NCBI RefSeq assembly: GCF_037042905.1
Contig: NC_087251.1
Location: forward strand, 27,716,001 to 27,780,000
From: Lytechinus pictus
Lineage: Eukaryota
DNA length: 64,000 bases
Reading direction: 5' to 3'
Numbering within the stretch: position 1 is the stretch's first letter; the number at the start of each line of letters is the position of its first letter. Position numbers and translations under genes: made by a program. Positions 1 to 13,706 of the stretch are shown here, one piece after another. The notes under the pieces were generated by a model. The model did no database searches and was not told the DNA's origin. It was given only the letters and a program-made list of their open reading frames with translations.

Positions 1-381
1 GACTTTGATCTTTGACAATCAATTCATGAAATGTTATTAACTTGTCTCTATCCAACCATACTTGCCATTGTAACTGAAGAACCTTTTGTCTAAGGACTTA
101 CGATCAGGCTTACGATATACAGAATATCTAAATAAACATTATTCTTAATTTGGAATGACTTTTCCAAGTGGACCTTTATAATAAATGACCAAGTGTAAGT
201 CAATATCCTACGACCATACCCTTACCAAAAACTTGGGAGGCAGGGGCATTATACTATCGCACGGAGTTGCAAAGGACAAAAACAAAAATGAAATCGGACT
301 ATTTTTGACCGCCAACAAATTCCCTGACCAATGTAACTATTCCGAATCCGGAACACATGATTGTGACATTACGCAAAACTA

Positions 382-817
382 TGACGGGCCGTTCATGCCA
401 TAAGCCGTCATTCATTCACTCACTCGAGCATGTCGAGTGAGTGAATGATTTGTACGTTTTTTACCATCACTCACTCGGGAAGGGGAATGATTGTACAGTT
501 TTATCCAATCAGAGAGCTAGAATCGTAATCGAGACCCCTCACTGAAGTAGTAGTACATCCATTCGAGTGGATGTACAACCACTCGACTGAATGTTCAACC
601 ACTCGAGTGAGTGTACAACCACTCGAGTGAGTGTACAACCACTTTTGTGATGGAGGGGGGAGGTCTTGATAAAGATTCTAGCTCTCTGATTGGATAAAAC
701 TGTTCAATCACGCACTCTCCCGAGTGAGTGATGGTAAAAAAATGTGCAAATCATTCACTCACTCGACATGCTCGAGTGAGTGAATGAATGACGGCTTGTG
801 GCATGAACGGCCCGTCA
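382..817. mobile_element. Palindromic MITE, TA TSD (Tc1/mariner-type non-autonomous)
   Basis: Long near-perfect TIRs (TGACGGGCCGTTCATGCC.../...GGCATGAACGGCCCGTCA), TA at 380-381 and 818-819, internal ~20-bp tandem ACAACCACTCGAGTGAGTGT. Confidence 0.88.
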
Positions 818-3800
818 TACAAAACGCCGCATGTATACATTCACTCGGACAGAACTTTGACGTTATACAACATGCCTTGGAACTTGCTGTATTGTAACTC
901 GGATGATATTCTGACTTTATTACATTTCAATATCTCAATATTGAAGATTAGTTTTATCAATGTTATTAAGTATAACGACTACTTTTTATGAAGTTTACTA
1001 TAATACCATTTAAAAGAATTTTAAAAGATAAACCTTTAATAAAGTATCTTTCTACCAGTACCAGTCAGTTGCCTCACCGGCGACTGACTGGAATACTCCC
1101 CAGGAAGTGGAGAATTTGCTTTGCATACATTGTGTGCGGGAATGACTGATTGAATCCGATTCTTAGACAGATTGGTTTCTTTAAAAGATGCATTTACTTT
1201 ATACGTTTCTCAATCATAAACATTCTATAATTATCTTTGTTCAGATATTATTGGCTCGTCTGTATCAAGAAATTGTTGCGTTTGATTATCAAATGTTCTT
1301 GATGCTAAAAATTTCAAGGGACTTGGAGTAGCAAAGATCCACCTGGGCGTTCGGCTTAATATCATTTATGGCGCAGATGCAGACAAATTAAAGAAACCTA
1401 ACCACTCCCCAAGTAAGACACACTGTTTATGCCGCTTTACAGAGCAATCTACACCGCTGTTATGACCGGCATCCCTTTTGTTATTCCTTTTAATGAAAAG
1501 TGCCACTTTGATGATGAAAAGTAAAAAAAAAAATGAAGAGCGAGAACTCATCTCCTGATATACAATTTCACTCAGACCTGTCGGGCGCACATTTGATATA
1601 TTTCTCAAAAAATGAAGTACGGTCCGTGACGTCATAAACTGGCATGGAAACCAAACAATATAATCATACTAGAGAACGTTTTCCTTGCAGGGACTTCAGC
1701 TAGAGAGCTGGAAATTATAATGCCTTGATATTCAAGGCAATTTCGCCACAGAAAAAAAAAGAAAATTAAATCCTTCTTCTGATCTCATTCATTATTTTGT
1801 TTGATTCAATCTTGAGTTTGAAGGAAAGAGAGAAGAAAAATGGGAGTCGCCCAATTTAATCAGGAGAAAAACATCAAAGAATTGACTTTGCCATTCCATC
1901 ATGACTGTTTGGGGATACCATGCACTTTAGCCATTGATTCTTTTTGATGCAATTGAAACCAGGATAAGTGAGGGTTGTCCAAAATAAGATGTTTTGCGCT
2001 ATATTTCATGCTATTAATCTGCATATTTTCCTTAACTCTAGGACAAATATTTTCTTTTAAATCAAAGTTCCTTTAATTTTTTTTTATTGATTCCATTTGG
2101 TCTAGATTGGCATCAGGTATCACGTTCACAATATATAATTCAATGTATTGTATTTGATGTCTGTTAATTAAGGTTTCCTTTGAAAAGAGACACAAGTTTA
2201 ACTCTTTCACTCGCTCTCAATATGGAGTTTAGTCATAAAATTGCTTTTGGGAAATCACTCTTTTCAACCCCTTTTTACTCTTAAATGAGGAAGTAATCAA
2301 CACTTTTTTAGAGTACAGGTCTCAGATGTCACTGATTCCTAGAAATGTTTTTAAGACTAGAACCCTGTATCGTATTAATCAGCATTCTATTAATTGCATA
2401 TAAAATTCATCTGTACTAGTAATTTCGTATTCAGTAATCAACCTTGAAGATTCCCGTACGATCAGTATTATGTTCATGGGTAAACTTAGGGTTACGGGTT
2501 AAATAAAAATCGAGATTCACGGCATCGAAATTCCTTTGTCGGGATAAAGTGTTGGGATATTTGAGTGACTTGGGGACTAATTCACTGACAGCTAACATCA
2601 ATTATAAAAAGATGAAAGTTAATATTGTTAATTTGTCTACAGTTTCTGAAAAGTCATTTTATGTGTGTTAAATAATTATCCAACGTAAATTGATAATCAT
2701 AATTCGTGAATTTCAGTATGAATTACATTAAAATGTGGGCTTGACTCAAACGTAATTCTTACAATGATTAAAAGACAGTTATTAATAGAACTTCCAGAAT
2801 GTTTGAAACATTTCCAGCATCAAGTATTTATAGCAAACAAGAGAAATAAAGCCTAAATATGTTTTTCTTTGTGTCGAATTAAGAAAATTTTCCCAAAAAT
2901 TCGACAAATTCATCCACGTTCATTACGTAATAAACAAAATGCATAATTGTCATGAATCAAGATTTATTTATTTGTTTATTCGTTATACACTTTACTCATC
3001 TAATTTATGCACAGTGTCAAAAGTGCCAGAATGCTTTGTTTTAGCAGAGACAAAATATGTCTTGTTCTCCGTTTTCGTTGTTATATGTTTTATGTTATCG
3101 TAGTATGGAGTAGTTGCAATCGTGTTTTCAATGTAAAGCACAATTATTGAAATATTCAACGAGTACCATTAAATATATTGCTATTTATGCTATCAATGTT
3201 CATACAGAATACTAATCAAATTGATTCATCAGAGCTTACGTGTAAAATTATTGTCATTTCTTTTTTAATAACCATGAATCACTTAATTTTGTTATGATAA
3301 ACCAATAAAACTTTAAAAGTTTTAAAAATATGAGAAGGAAAATCTATATTGTTTTCATCGTAATTATTGTAGTGATTGGTGTGCTCTTTAGACCGGTAAT
3401 TTGAAAATGCATTTTGAGAGCTTGTAGACTTTTAAAAGATGGCGGAATAGAAATGAAAGTTATTCATTTCCTTTGTCTGTGCATGTATATGTGAGTGTTG
3501 GGGTGTGTGGATGCGTGTGTTTCAAAATTGCGTTTTCTTATAGAAAAAGAACTACGATCACGATGGTTTATTGATTATTTATTTTAGCTTGAAATAATAT
3601 ACATCTCTTATAAATATATAATCTTTTCGCCTGTCTATTTGCTGGGCAATTATTGATTTAAAATAGTTTTCCCAATCCAATTCGATGGAATTGAGCATGC
3701 ACAACATGAAGAATACTGCTTTATCAAGACAGATCAAGTATAAAGCAAGGGCAACTTGATTGTGGATTTAGGGGAATCGTTTGATAACCAGGTGAGTGAT

Positions 3801-3894
3801 TTTAGACCCTTTCACAAGTGTTGCTGTACAATATTTAATATTGACAAGGAGGGCATATGGTATATACACTCCACCCCGTTCCTCTGGTCATGGC

Positions 3895-4269
3895 GGTTTA
3901 TTTCCAATTCGTCGAATTGCCAACTCGTCTACTACCATTGGTCCATCATCAGTTCGTCTACTCACCACATGGTCTACTTTCATTTAGTCTAATGCCATTC
4001 CATCTAATAACTAGTTGGTCCAATAGCAATTTAGTCCATATACCATTTGGTCTAATTAAACTAAAGTGTCAATTGTGCAAAATGAATGAAATGAAAATGG
4101 GTATTAGACAAAATGGTAATATACGAAATGGTGATTAGACGAAGTGATGATTGGATCAAATGATTAATGGACCAAATGGTTGTTAGACGAAATGTTGATG
4201 GACGGAATGGCATTATAGACTAAATGAAGGTATAGATCATGTCGTGAGTGGATAAATTGGCAATTTACC
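3895..4269. mobile_element. MITE with GG...CC termini and 8-bp TSD
   Basis: GTCATGGC duplicated at 3887-3894 and 4270-4277; imperfect TIRs GGTTTATTTCCAATT / AATTGGCAATTTACC. Confidence 0.82.
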
Positions 4270-4370
4270 GTCATGGCGTATGGGTTACAACAAGGCGCAT
4301 TCCGCTTTTAGATATGACCAAATCTAATCAAAATATTGTGTATGGATGGCTTAGGGGTTTACCAGCGCTA

Positions 4371-4558
4371 CACTCTCAAAATGTTGGGCAACATACTGTC
4401 CACACAACAACTGGTTAAGACTTTATCCAACTCTGGGTAGTTTTAAACCATTAATGTGTGCTTTGGGTGAAAACTACACAGTACTGGTTGAAAACTGCCC
4501 AGAGTTGGATACATTTTTTAAACCAATTGTTGTGTGGACAGTGTACAGTCCCAACATT
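4371..4558. mobile_element. Short palindromic MITE-like repeat
   Basis: Arms AATGTTGGG..GTCCACACAAC..ATCCAACTCTGGG and their reverse complement. Confidence 0.7.
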
Positions 4559-4826
4559 GTAACCAACGATATGACCAGTTTATATGATTTGACCGAAATC
4601 TGTCATTTGAGCATCTTGAATATTAAAAGTAATCGTGGTAATAAAGAAATTGTATAATTTATTTAGTATAAACAGTATAAACGTTGCTTAAAACTTAAAC
4701 AACACTGGAACCTCACAGTAGTCGTTTAAAAGTTTAAACAACCATCATGCTTCATTATTGAGAATTAAGTATTAAGAATTCAACTTTGTAATTTAACTAA
4801 AAATATATTGAAAATTAACCATGATA

Positions 4827-6229
4827 CAGTCAGTCCGCAAGCCCCTGTGTTAATGAGCAAATGAGCAAGATTTATCCAAGTCCTCTCGTGGCTGAATTTA
4901 TGTCCCTGCAAAATCTCGTGAATTGTGAGACTTTCTTTCTCAAAGAATTTAACCACTTTCTCCTTGAGTAATATTGATTATTTTTGTACCATGGGCAAGA
5001 GTAAATGTTACTCTTTTATATTGGTCATTTCTTTTGAATGAAATATTTTGATAAATAAGTGAATTTTTTACCTGAAAGATGCATCAAACAGAATTTTCTT
5101 CCTCTGTTTTCACTTGCAAATTGTGCAACATTTTGTGTTTTAGGCACCAACATTATTTATATCATCAGAAAGCTCAAACTCTATACTTGTCGAGTGGAGC
5201 GTTGTGGCCCAGTGGATTAGTCTCTGGACTTTGAAACAGAGGGTCGTGGGTTCGAATCCCAGCCATGGCGTAATTTCCTTCGGCAAGAAATTTATCCACA
5301 TTGTGCTGCACTCAACCCAGGTGAGTTGAATGGGTACCTGGCAGGAATTTATTCCTTGAAATGCGTGTGCGCTGTAATCTTAGTAATTACGGCAGCCAAG
5401 CTACAGCTGGGGTAATAATATCCAAGTCCTTTGGAAGCGCATAGAGACATTATTCATAATTGTGATATGCGCTATACAAGAACTGTTTATTATTATTATT
5501 ATTATTACTTTCTTACAATGTCACTCTTGATATGTGGCATCTTTTAGATGGGTCAGCAGCTGGCTTTTTCCATCAAGATGCAAGACGAGATTTCTGAAAT
5601 TTCTGAGTAACATAAAATCCAGAGTTCTGATTGGCTGAATACTGTTTTCAAAACAAACAGGCGCGGGTAATTTGAAGAGATTACCACATGGTGAGTGTGA
5701 CCTTGCAGAGGCCCAGTGTGGGGAACATTGGAATTTGCGTGGGTGTGTGGTCTCTATGACCAATCAGAGCGCAGTATTCTTGTTTTTGAGCTGCAAAATG
5801 TACTTGGCCTATGAAAAGCTGGCTGCTGACCCATCTAAAATACATCTTCTTATAAAAATTATATCATATTAAAGCTTAGATCTTCAGCCTTATCATGATC
5901 TAAAAATCATTTGTGCCCAAACAGAAATTAAGTGTGAAAACAACAACTTTTGTTGCATGAAAAAATATTTTGTTTCATGTTTTAGATCAAAAGTTTTTCC
6001 TATATTACAACATTTTTTTACAAATCCAAACACATGACCTGAAATAATGATTCTTCTTCTTTACAAAAATACCAAAAACATGAAATTTGGTCAATATTTA
6101 GAGCAGCAATGGCCGAATAAAAAGAGGTGTTTTGGTTCGCACCAAGCTCATTAACTATGCAAAAACCCTCTAGTAATGAATATCACTTGGATAAAAGAAG
6201 CTACTTTTTCAGGGCTTGCGGACTGACTG
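4827..6229. mobile_element. Non-autonomous DNA transposon, TIR CAGTCAGTCCGCAAGCCC, 3-bp TSD ATA
   Basis: 18-bp perfect TIR at both ends, ATA on both flanks, additional internal inverted repeats. Confidence 0.82.
5189..5505 (+). mobile_element. tRNA-derived SINE nested in a DNA transposon
   Basis: A box TGGCCCAGTGG, B box GGTTCGAATCC, central CACTCAACCCAGGTG..AATGGGTAC, (TTA)n tail, TSD TACTT at 5184-5188 and 5506-5510. Confidence 0.9.
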
Positions 6230-8094
6230 ATAAATTCATTGAGAATTAAGTATTAAAACTTCAACTTTATCGTTTAATTGTTAATAAATACTTAAAGGTT
6301 CAGTAAAAAAAGTTGTATAAAAAATGTAAATGAACAGCGTTGTTACCGTGTGTACGGTTTTTGCCTGAGTTACTTCGAAAGCGCATGATTTTAAAGAATT
6401 CCTTTTTTTTTAATCTGTATTCTATTAATTCCATTCCCCCATCTACTTAACCCAAATTTTTGTGTATAACATTATTTTCGTTACTTTTTTTTTTGTTATT
6501 TCATTCTTTTTGTAATGAATTTGTTTTGTAAAAGATGTTTTCATTGGCTAGGAACCAACATGTTGCAGCGCATCCTAGGCCTATACGTTAACAAAATACA
6601 AGTAAAATATTGCATAATACAATCATTGTGATAATTGTGAAACATTGCAAAGCAATGGTGACGCAAACTGTAAAATACAGAGTTCGAAAGTCATTCAATA
6701 TTGCTTCCACAATATTTTCATTATAAATATTGATGTTGCTAATTTTAGAACAGATTGAGCATTATGATACCTTTTTGAGCCGGCTTAAGGGTCAATCTAG
6801 TATTTTTGAAAGCTCGTTTTTTCTGCATCTATACGGCCTATCTGGTATTACGCTCAATTAACAAAGGTCTTCTTATACCATGTATACGCTTCAGATTATA
6901 TCCCACCCTTTCCCCCCCCCCTCTCTCTCTCTCCCGCTCTTCCATTCCCTCTCTTTATCTGTACACCCCTCCCCCAATCCAAGCCTTCCTCTGTATTTCC
7001 CACATTCACCATTAGCACACCTATTCTCCCTTCCTCTATCATCACAAATATAAATTTTTATAAATATGTATACCTTTATCATTTTCCCATATTTTTTTCA
7101 TTAAATTCGCCCACTCCATTTTGTGCTGCCAGTAATTTCTTAAAGATCTTAAGAATTCCCACAAGCGTGAACGCAGCATCAAACTTTCTTCGCTTGAATA
7201 AACCCTCCGGCCCAGACAAATTACACCTGAAATTTATTTCCTTCCATCCATCAGAGCAGATGGTTCGATCAAACCGGCCACTATTCTCAGTTCCTCCGAT
7301 AAATCAAAATGTGCACCAGAATAATTATGTGCAGGCAAGCAACATTCATCATCCTCATCCCAACGCGCAATACCTGAGCTTTGTTGTTATTTTAATGTCA
7401 CATTTGCATCTCATTCTCGGGTATAGGATAAGAGGGAGGGGTGGGGTAAAGACAGAGAGCAGGGAGAATGGTTATAGGGGGGAGGGAGAGAGAGAGGGGG
7501 GCAATACCAGGGGATAGAAGGGGACAGGGTGAAACAGTGAGATGGATGGATGAAAATGAAAGGAGGTGAGAGAACAAGAGAAACGAAAAATAGACCGGGA
7601 GGGAGACAGAGGTAATAAAGGGAGAAGGTGCATGTGAGAGAATGAAGAGATAGAGAGAGAGAAAAAAAAAGGAAAGGGGATAAAAAGATAAAGGAAGGTA
7701 TAGGGTTGGGGTGGGAGAAGGGAAGTAGAAGAATGTTTGATATAATTATGGCACAATATTATTCAAATAATTTTGTATTTTTATTCTAGCAGGGACGGTA
7801 TCACTTGATAGGGGCAAGCAAGCTAAAGATGCATGACGTAATTTTTCTCAATTGCATTACAGGTTTAAGTACAATGTTATGCGTCCCGTATCTCTCTTTA
7901 TGATAGTTTTATTTCCTTTCATTTTTTTCATTCCACCTATTAACTTATGCTCCTCTTGTATATTTCTTCACTACTTTAAAATCAGAGGGGCAGTCCCCCA
8001 CCCCTCTTTAAGTAAAAAAAAAATTCTGAAACTCATACACATTTTTGTTTTGTTTTTAAATTGAAAAATTGTATTGTACATAAAATGGTGAACG

Positions 8095-9133
8095 CATGCA
8101 GGGGCGGCGATCCTGGGGGTCGGAGGCACAGTGCCCCCCCCCCCCCCACTTTTTGAAGCACTGAAAAATGCCCTTTTTACGCAAGAAAATGCCCCCCTCA
8201 CGAACGTGTTCTTTTCCCTTTTAATATGAAGAGGACCCGTTTAAAGTGATACCAAGTGCCCCTTTTCGTATAAGTGTCATTTTTTCCCAAAATGCCCCCT
8301 CACGAACGTGTTCTGTGCCCCTTTCACCTGAGATGGACCCCTTGTATAGCTGAGCAAATACTCCCTTGCCTTCTCGTTAGTGCCCGTTTTTTAATCAGTG
8401 CCCCTTTTTTACCAAAGAGAAATGCCCCTTACGAACATGTCCTCTGCCCCCTTCACCTGAGAAGGATCCGTTTAATGTATTAGCAAGTGCTCCATTTGCC
8501 TTTTTATAGGTGCCTTTTCTCATATCAGTGCCCATTTTTACCTAAGAAAAGTGCCCCCACGAACATGTTCTGTGCACCTTTCACATGAGAAATACCTGTT
8601 CTATGTGCTAACGAGTGTCCCTTTTATAGGTGCCTGTTCTTCGTTTCAGACAAGTTGTCCTAAAAAATGACTCTTTTCGTGCCCGATTATGAGCGCCCGG
8701 TTTCTTTATTTAGCGCCGTTCTGCTTCCTTCTGCAAGTGCATATTGAATGAAAAACTAAAAATAATTCTACGTGCCTCAAGTTTCATGAGTGGGGTAGAT
8801 AAGTCATTTTTTTTCTTTGTCTTAAGATCATGGCCGTACGCAGCAGGGGCAGTTGTCTCCCCCCCCCCCCCGCCGAAATTTTGAAAACTCACCTTTTTTT
8901 ACTGCAGATTTTCACAAAATCCACCAATAGATGCACAAATTCTATCAATTTCACTTAACAAAATGCAAAAGCGCCGCAATGATAAGATCATTCGCTTCCG
9001 AGTTTTTTCAAAAAAGTTTACGCGTGCTATACCCCCAGCAAAAAATATATGCATACGGCCATGTTTAAGATAGTGCCCTTTTTTCCCTGTGCCCCCCCCC
9101 CCCCTCGCTTTCAACTTCGCTCCGCCGTCCCTG
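8095..9133. mobile_element. hAT-like non-autonomous element with internal ~100-130 bp tandem repeats and poly-C
   Basis: 8-bp TSD GGTGAACG (8087-8094, 9134-9141), imperfect CAGGG TIRs, repeats AAATGCCCCCTCACGAACGTGTTCT. Confidence 0.72.
8829..9063. mobile_element. hAT-like MITE nested in the previous element
   Basis: TIR CATGGCCGTA(C/T)GC, flanks CTTAAGAT / TTTAAGAT. Confidence 0.75.
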
Positions 9134-9776
9134 GGTGAACGAAATGACTCAGGACCCACACTCTAAGCAAATTAGGTACAACTTTGCAGCTTCATTTATC
9201 ATTATTATAAGTTTTTTTATATTGCAAAGTACAAATATTTTTTAAGTTGCAACTTTGCATCTTTCAGAAAAGTCGCACCTTTCTAAATGCGACTTTGTAC
9301 CATTTTCTGCAAAGCCAAAGTTGGACCTTTGATGCCGCTACCATTGAAATACAAAGCTATATTTCTGAGGATTTCATCATTGACATTATTAGATATCACT
9401 CGAGATGTGAGAACGAGTGACAATGAGGAGGGAGGGAGGAGGTTTCACGAGCCTGAGGAGAAGGAAGACAATGCCGATGATGAGGATAAAGTCGGTGATG
9501 ACAGCGAAAAGGAGAATGGTGAGAGGGAGTATTAATTGGGAGGATGGTCAATTGATAACACCAATTGAATAATGACAACCAAATGCTCCGTTTACCGCAA
9601 AAAGGAGTGAGGATGGGTTGAAGAGTATAATTCTCAAAAGTGTGAATAGATATAGGACGATGAAGGTGGGGACAGAGAGGATGATGACGATGATAATGAT
9701 GATGGGTAGGAAGGGAGGATAAGGGCGATGAGACAGAGTAGGGCAAAATAATACGAATATCGGATAAAATGATTAA

Positions 9777-10378
9777 AGGCCAAGTCCACCTCAGAAAAAT
9801 GTTGATTTGAATCAATAGAGAAAAATCAGACAAGCACAATGCTGAAAATTTCATCAAAATCGGATGTAGAATAAGAAAGTTATGACATTTCAAAGTTTCG
9901 CTTATTTTTAACAAAATAGTTATATGAACGAGCCAGTTACATCCAAATGAGAGAGTCGATGATGTCACTCACTCACTATTTCTTTTGTTTTTTATTGTTT
10001 GTATTACACAATATTTCAATTTTTACGAATTTGATGATTAGGACCTCCTTGCCTGAAGCACAAAATGTTAAAATATTGGAATTCCACGTCTTCAGGGAGG
10101 AATGAAACTTCATTTCACATGACAATGACGAGAAAATCAAAATATTTCATATTTCATATAATAAAATACAAAAGAAATAGTGAGTGAGTGATGTCATCAG
10201 TTCCCTCATTTGCATACCGACCGAGATGTGCATATAACTGTTTGTGAAATGAAGCGAAACTTTAAAATGTCATTACTTTCTTATTTTACATCCGATTTTG
10301 ATGAAATTTTCAGTTTTATGCTTGTTGAATTTTTCTCTTTTTATTCAAATCAAGTTTTTGTTGGGGTGGACTTGTCCT
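9777..10378. mobile_element. TTAA-target MITE (Kolobok-like), copy 1
   Basis: TTAA|AGGCCAAGTCCACC ... GGTGGACTTGTCCT|TTAA with long imperfect TIRs. Confidence 0.88.
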
Positions 10379-11263
10379 TTAATGATCTATGAAAACAACA
10401 ACACGAAATGCAGACCAACAGGCCTGGACCCCTGGACTTTCAAACTGAATGTCGTGTTTGTTAATCGACTTTTGATGTCATTAATGCATTTGAGGATTGG
10501 TTTTCATGATATGGCGGAAGACCGATCAAATAAAATGTCGTAATATCAGAGTAAGGAAATGAAGCTTGCAAGATATTGAGATAATAAATAGTCATGATTT
10601 ATCTCATGGTGACCATCATTATGCATCTTCTTTAAATTCACGTTGCCATATAATTCACACAGACGACGACAATGTTGTAAATCATTCGTGATTGGTTTCT
10701 TTAGGATTATAAAGCCAAGCTTCATAATACAGACAATATCAACCCGAAACACTCCCAATGTCCGCGAGGAAATTAGCGAGAAAAATTATGGGGTACACTT
10801 TATGACCATCTTCCAGTCTCATCAAGTGTAATCCGGTCCATAAATTTTAGTAAAAAGTACCTTGTCTGAAGTCTGATGATTTTATTAGTGGAACTGTATG
10901 TATAGGGCCAATATAATATAGGTCAATTGCTCATGTATAGATTTACTGCCGACAAAAAATGGTATAGGTATAAAGGCTTGATATTACCTGTAAATTGTCA
11001 GACGTGGGATGTTTTGTAATTCGCGTCAAAAGGGAAAAAGTGTGTTAAGTTTGGGCACAGCACATATAGGCCTAAATGTAGACCTATGTGAAACTTGAAA
11101 GGCTATACCGATGATCACTTTCCTGTCAGAATTCACTAAGCTCCCCCTCCTCCCGTTCCTCCTAATCCCCTTCCTCTTCTTCTTCTTCTCCTTCTTCTTT
11201 TCTGCCTGCTCGCGGTGAAAAGCAGATTTTTTTAAATAGGGCCCGTGTATTATAACCAATGTA

Positions 11264-12312
11264 GTGACAAGTCCACCCCAACCAAAAGTTGATTTGAATA
11301 AAATTTCAACAAGCATAACACTGAAAATTTCATCAAAATCGGATGTAAAATAAGAAAGTTAAGATATTTAAATTTCACTTAATTTTAATATATGCACATC
11401 CTGGTTGGTATGCAAATAAGGAGAATGATGACGTCATCCACTCACTATTTATTTTGTACTTTATTATATGAAATATTCTAATTTTCTCCTCATTGTCAAG
11501 TGAAACAACGATTCCTCCCTGAACATAAGGAATTAGCATTAATAACATGGTTCAGTCAAGTTGGTCCTTATCGTCAAATCTGTAAAAAAATGAAATATTA
11601 TATAATTCAATCAATAAAAAACAAAAGAAATGTAGTGAGTGAGGGACATCACTATCTGTCCCATATGCATATCACTGAGTTGTGCATATAACTGTTTTGT
11701 GAAAATAAGTGAAACTTTAAAATGTCATACAGTAACTTTCTTATTTTATATCCGATTTTGATGAAATTTTCAGCGTTATGCTAGTTTGATTAATTTCTCT
11801 TTTTATTCAATTCAATTCAATTCATTTATTGACCATATAAAAAATATTCAAATACAATGTAAAATAACTTAATATATAAATGCATAAATGTAACAAAACA
11901 TAAAACAAATAAATATACAACAAATAAATATAATTTATACATTCATGTAAAAGAAAAATCAACATATGGTAAGAGGCAACCAAAAAGATTAAAATCTTGT
12001 TAGGCAGTTGCCCCTTTACAGGTATTCAAATAATCATTAATAATCATAACGTAATCATTATATATTCATACATCAAACACAGAATCACCCACACCCAACA
12101 CACATCCATGACCCATTGCACTCAAACAAAGGAGAGAGAGAGAGAGAAAGAGAGAAGAGAGAGGGGGGAGGAGGGTACATGTATGTTTAGAAAAGGGAAA
12201 GGGAATCAAGATGAATAACCACTAATTAATTGTCTTTTAAGTAAAATTTTAAATGAGGAGGCAGTTAAACAAGAACGAATATCAACATTTTTCTGGGGTG
12301 GACTTGACCTTT
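11264..12312. mobile_element. TTAA-target MITE (Kolobok-like), copy 2, interrupted by a LINE tail
   Basis: Same CAAGTCCACCCC / GGGGTGGACTTG ends and internal sequence as 9777-10378. Confidence 0.8.
11810..12278 (-). mobile_element. 3' fragment of a LINE (CR1/L2-like) with (TTGAA)n tail
   Basis: Minus-strand AATAAA followed by a (TTGAA)n tail; splits the MITE between TTTTATTCAA and ATCAACATTTTT. Confidence 0.6.
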
Positions 12313-12739
12313 GAATTTTCACAGGAATTCAAAATTCAGTGGGCTTACGAGGGGGACGTTACATGCTGTCTGTATGTGGCTTCGAGGTATTCATTCTTTC
12401 ACATTCTCCTTACTACCCGCCCCCCTCCCCTCTATAATATAAATTGCTCTCGATTCCCAGTCTCGATTTTATTCACCGTTTTCGCTTTGTGTATCTTTTT
12501 TTTTTTTATCCGCAGGTTTAGTACCGTGGCTTTCAAGCTGGATTTGAAGCATTCAACTTGTAAGAGAAAAGGGGCTGATTTTCAGTGCACAATTATCATG
12601 ATTATAGGCCAACTTGGAATTGAAAGCCTTGAAAGCAAGCCTTCACAGCATGCATCCGTTATTTTTTTTCGGTCGAGTGGCCCTGCGCTCTTCAAAGAAA
12701 AGCCGCAGCGAACAGCTTTGTCAAAGACTATGAGCAGGT

Positions 12740-12895
12740 GGAGAACCAATCAGAGTCGCTCTTTCAGACTTAATCTGTGGAAAAGAAAGCGGTGAATTCA
12801 ACGTAAACACTTCTTGAAAATCACGAAGAATGTTACTTTTCGACCCGTGAGCACAGCATAGTCTACAGGTATTGTCATAGAAGTTGCCGAAATAG
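12740..12895 (+). promoter_or_regulatory. Candidate promoter and non-coding first exon (donor at 12896)
   Basis: CCAAT at ~12747, CpG-richer context, donor TAG|GTAAGA. Confidence 0.35.
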
Positions 12896-13706
12896 GTAAG
12901 AAAATCAACAGTTTTTAGATAGCGTAGATTAGTCTATATATTTACTAATAAGGTACAAATGAGCAGCTGGTTAGTGGTTGCAGTTGGCAAAGCAGAATAT
13001 CACACAGCCCCATCTATTCACTTATTTGTGGTGCGGATACGGTAATCCTACCTCAAGCGATGTTCGTGCAGGCTCCACTCCAGTCTCCACTTCACTACCG
13101 CTACACCACTCCTAGTACCAATGAGGTCCAAACATTACATGTATGGACCTCATAGGCGACATCAGTAGTATTTTTGGTTAGAAATCTCTGAGAACAGGAT
13201 ATTTCTATATTAGGCCTATATCACAAGTACAACTACAAGCTATATTCCTTTCTCTTATTTAAATTATAATTTTATACTAGGCCTATATAGTGTAAATGCA
13301 TCGTTAATAAAAAAATAAAAATGAAAGAAATGAAGGGGAACTTACATTTTCACGGCTTTTTCCTGGTTTTTCTGGGCAGTTGCTCTTCACTTCTGACTCG
13401 CGATCGAAGCTGATAGTGATATGAAGATCACGTGATTCGCGTTCTCGTCAGCTGATCGGTTGATTATTAATTTCGTCAGACGTTAATAATATATATTTTA
13501 TAATGCTAGCATTCATCGCTAATTTAGGTGAAAGAGATTGAAGTTAAACAGCGCCAGGTCGGAATCATAATTATTTTGGAAGAGTGTATTTATACACTCG
13601 ATCTCATACCTGACGTAGACGGCGCTATTCAACAAATGCACAATCTTCAATATAAAAAATAAAACGGAAAGAACGCCTTGAACACAGGCCAAAATGCCTA
13701 ACGATT

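Noticed and set aside
5189..5270. tRNA gene
   Set aside because: The tRNA-like head continues into a SINE body and (TTA)n tail with a TSD, and a second decayed copy is at 55640-55864.
9287..9968. Acidic ORF 9287-9535 and His-rich minus ORF 9396-9968
   Set aside because: GA-rich low-complexity sequence running into a MITE; no credible splice structure.
12253..12795. 180-aa ORF
   Set aside because: Starts in a LINE/MITE junction and has no recognisable domain.
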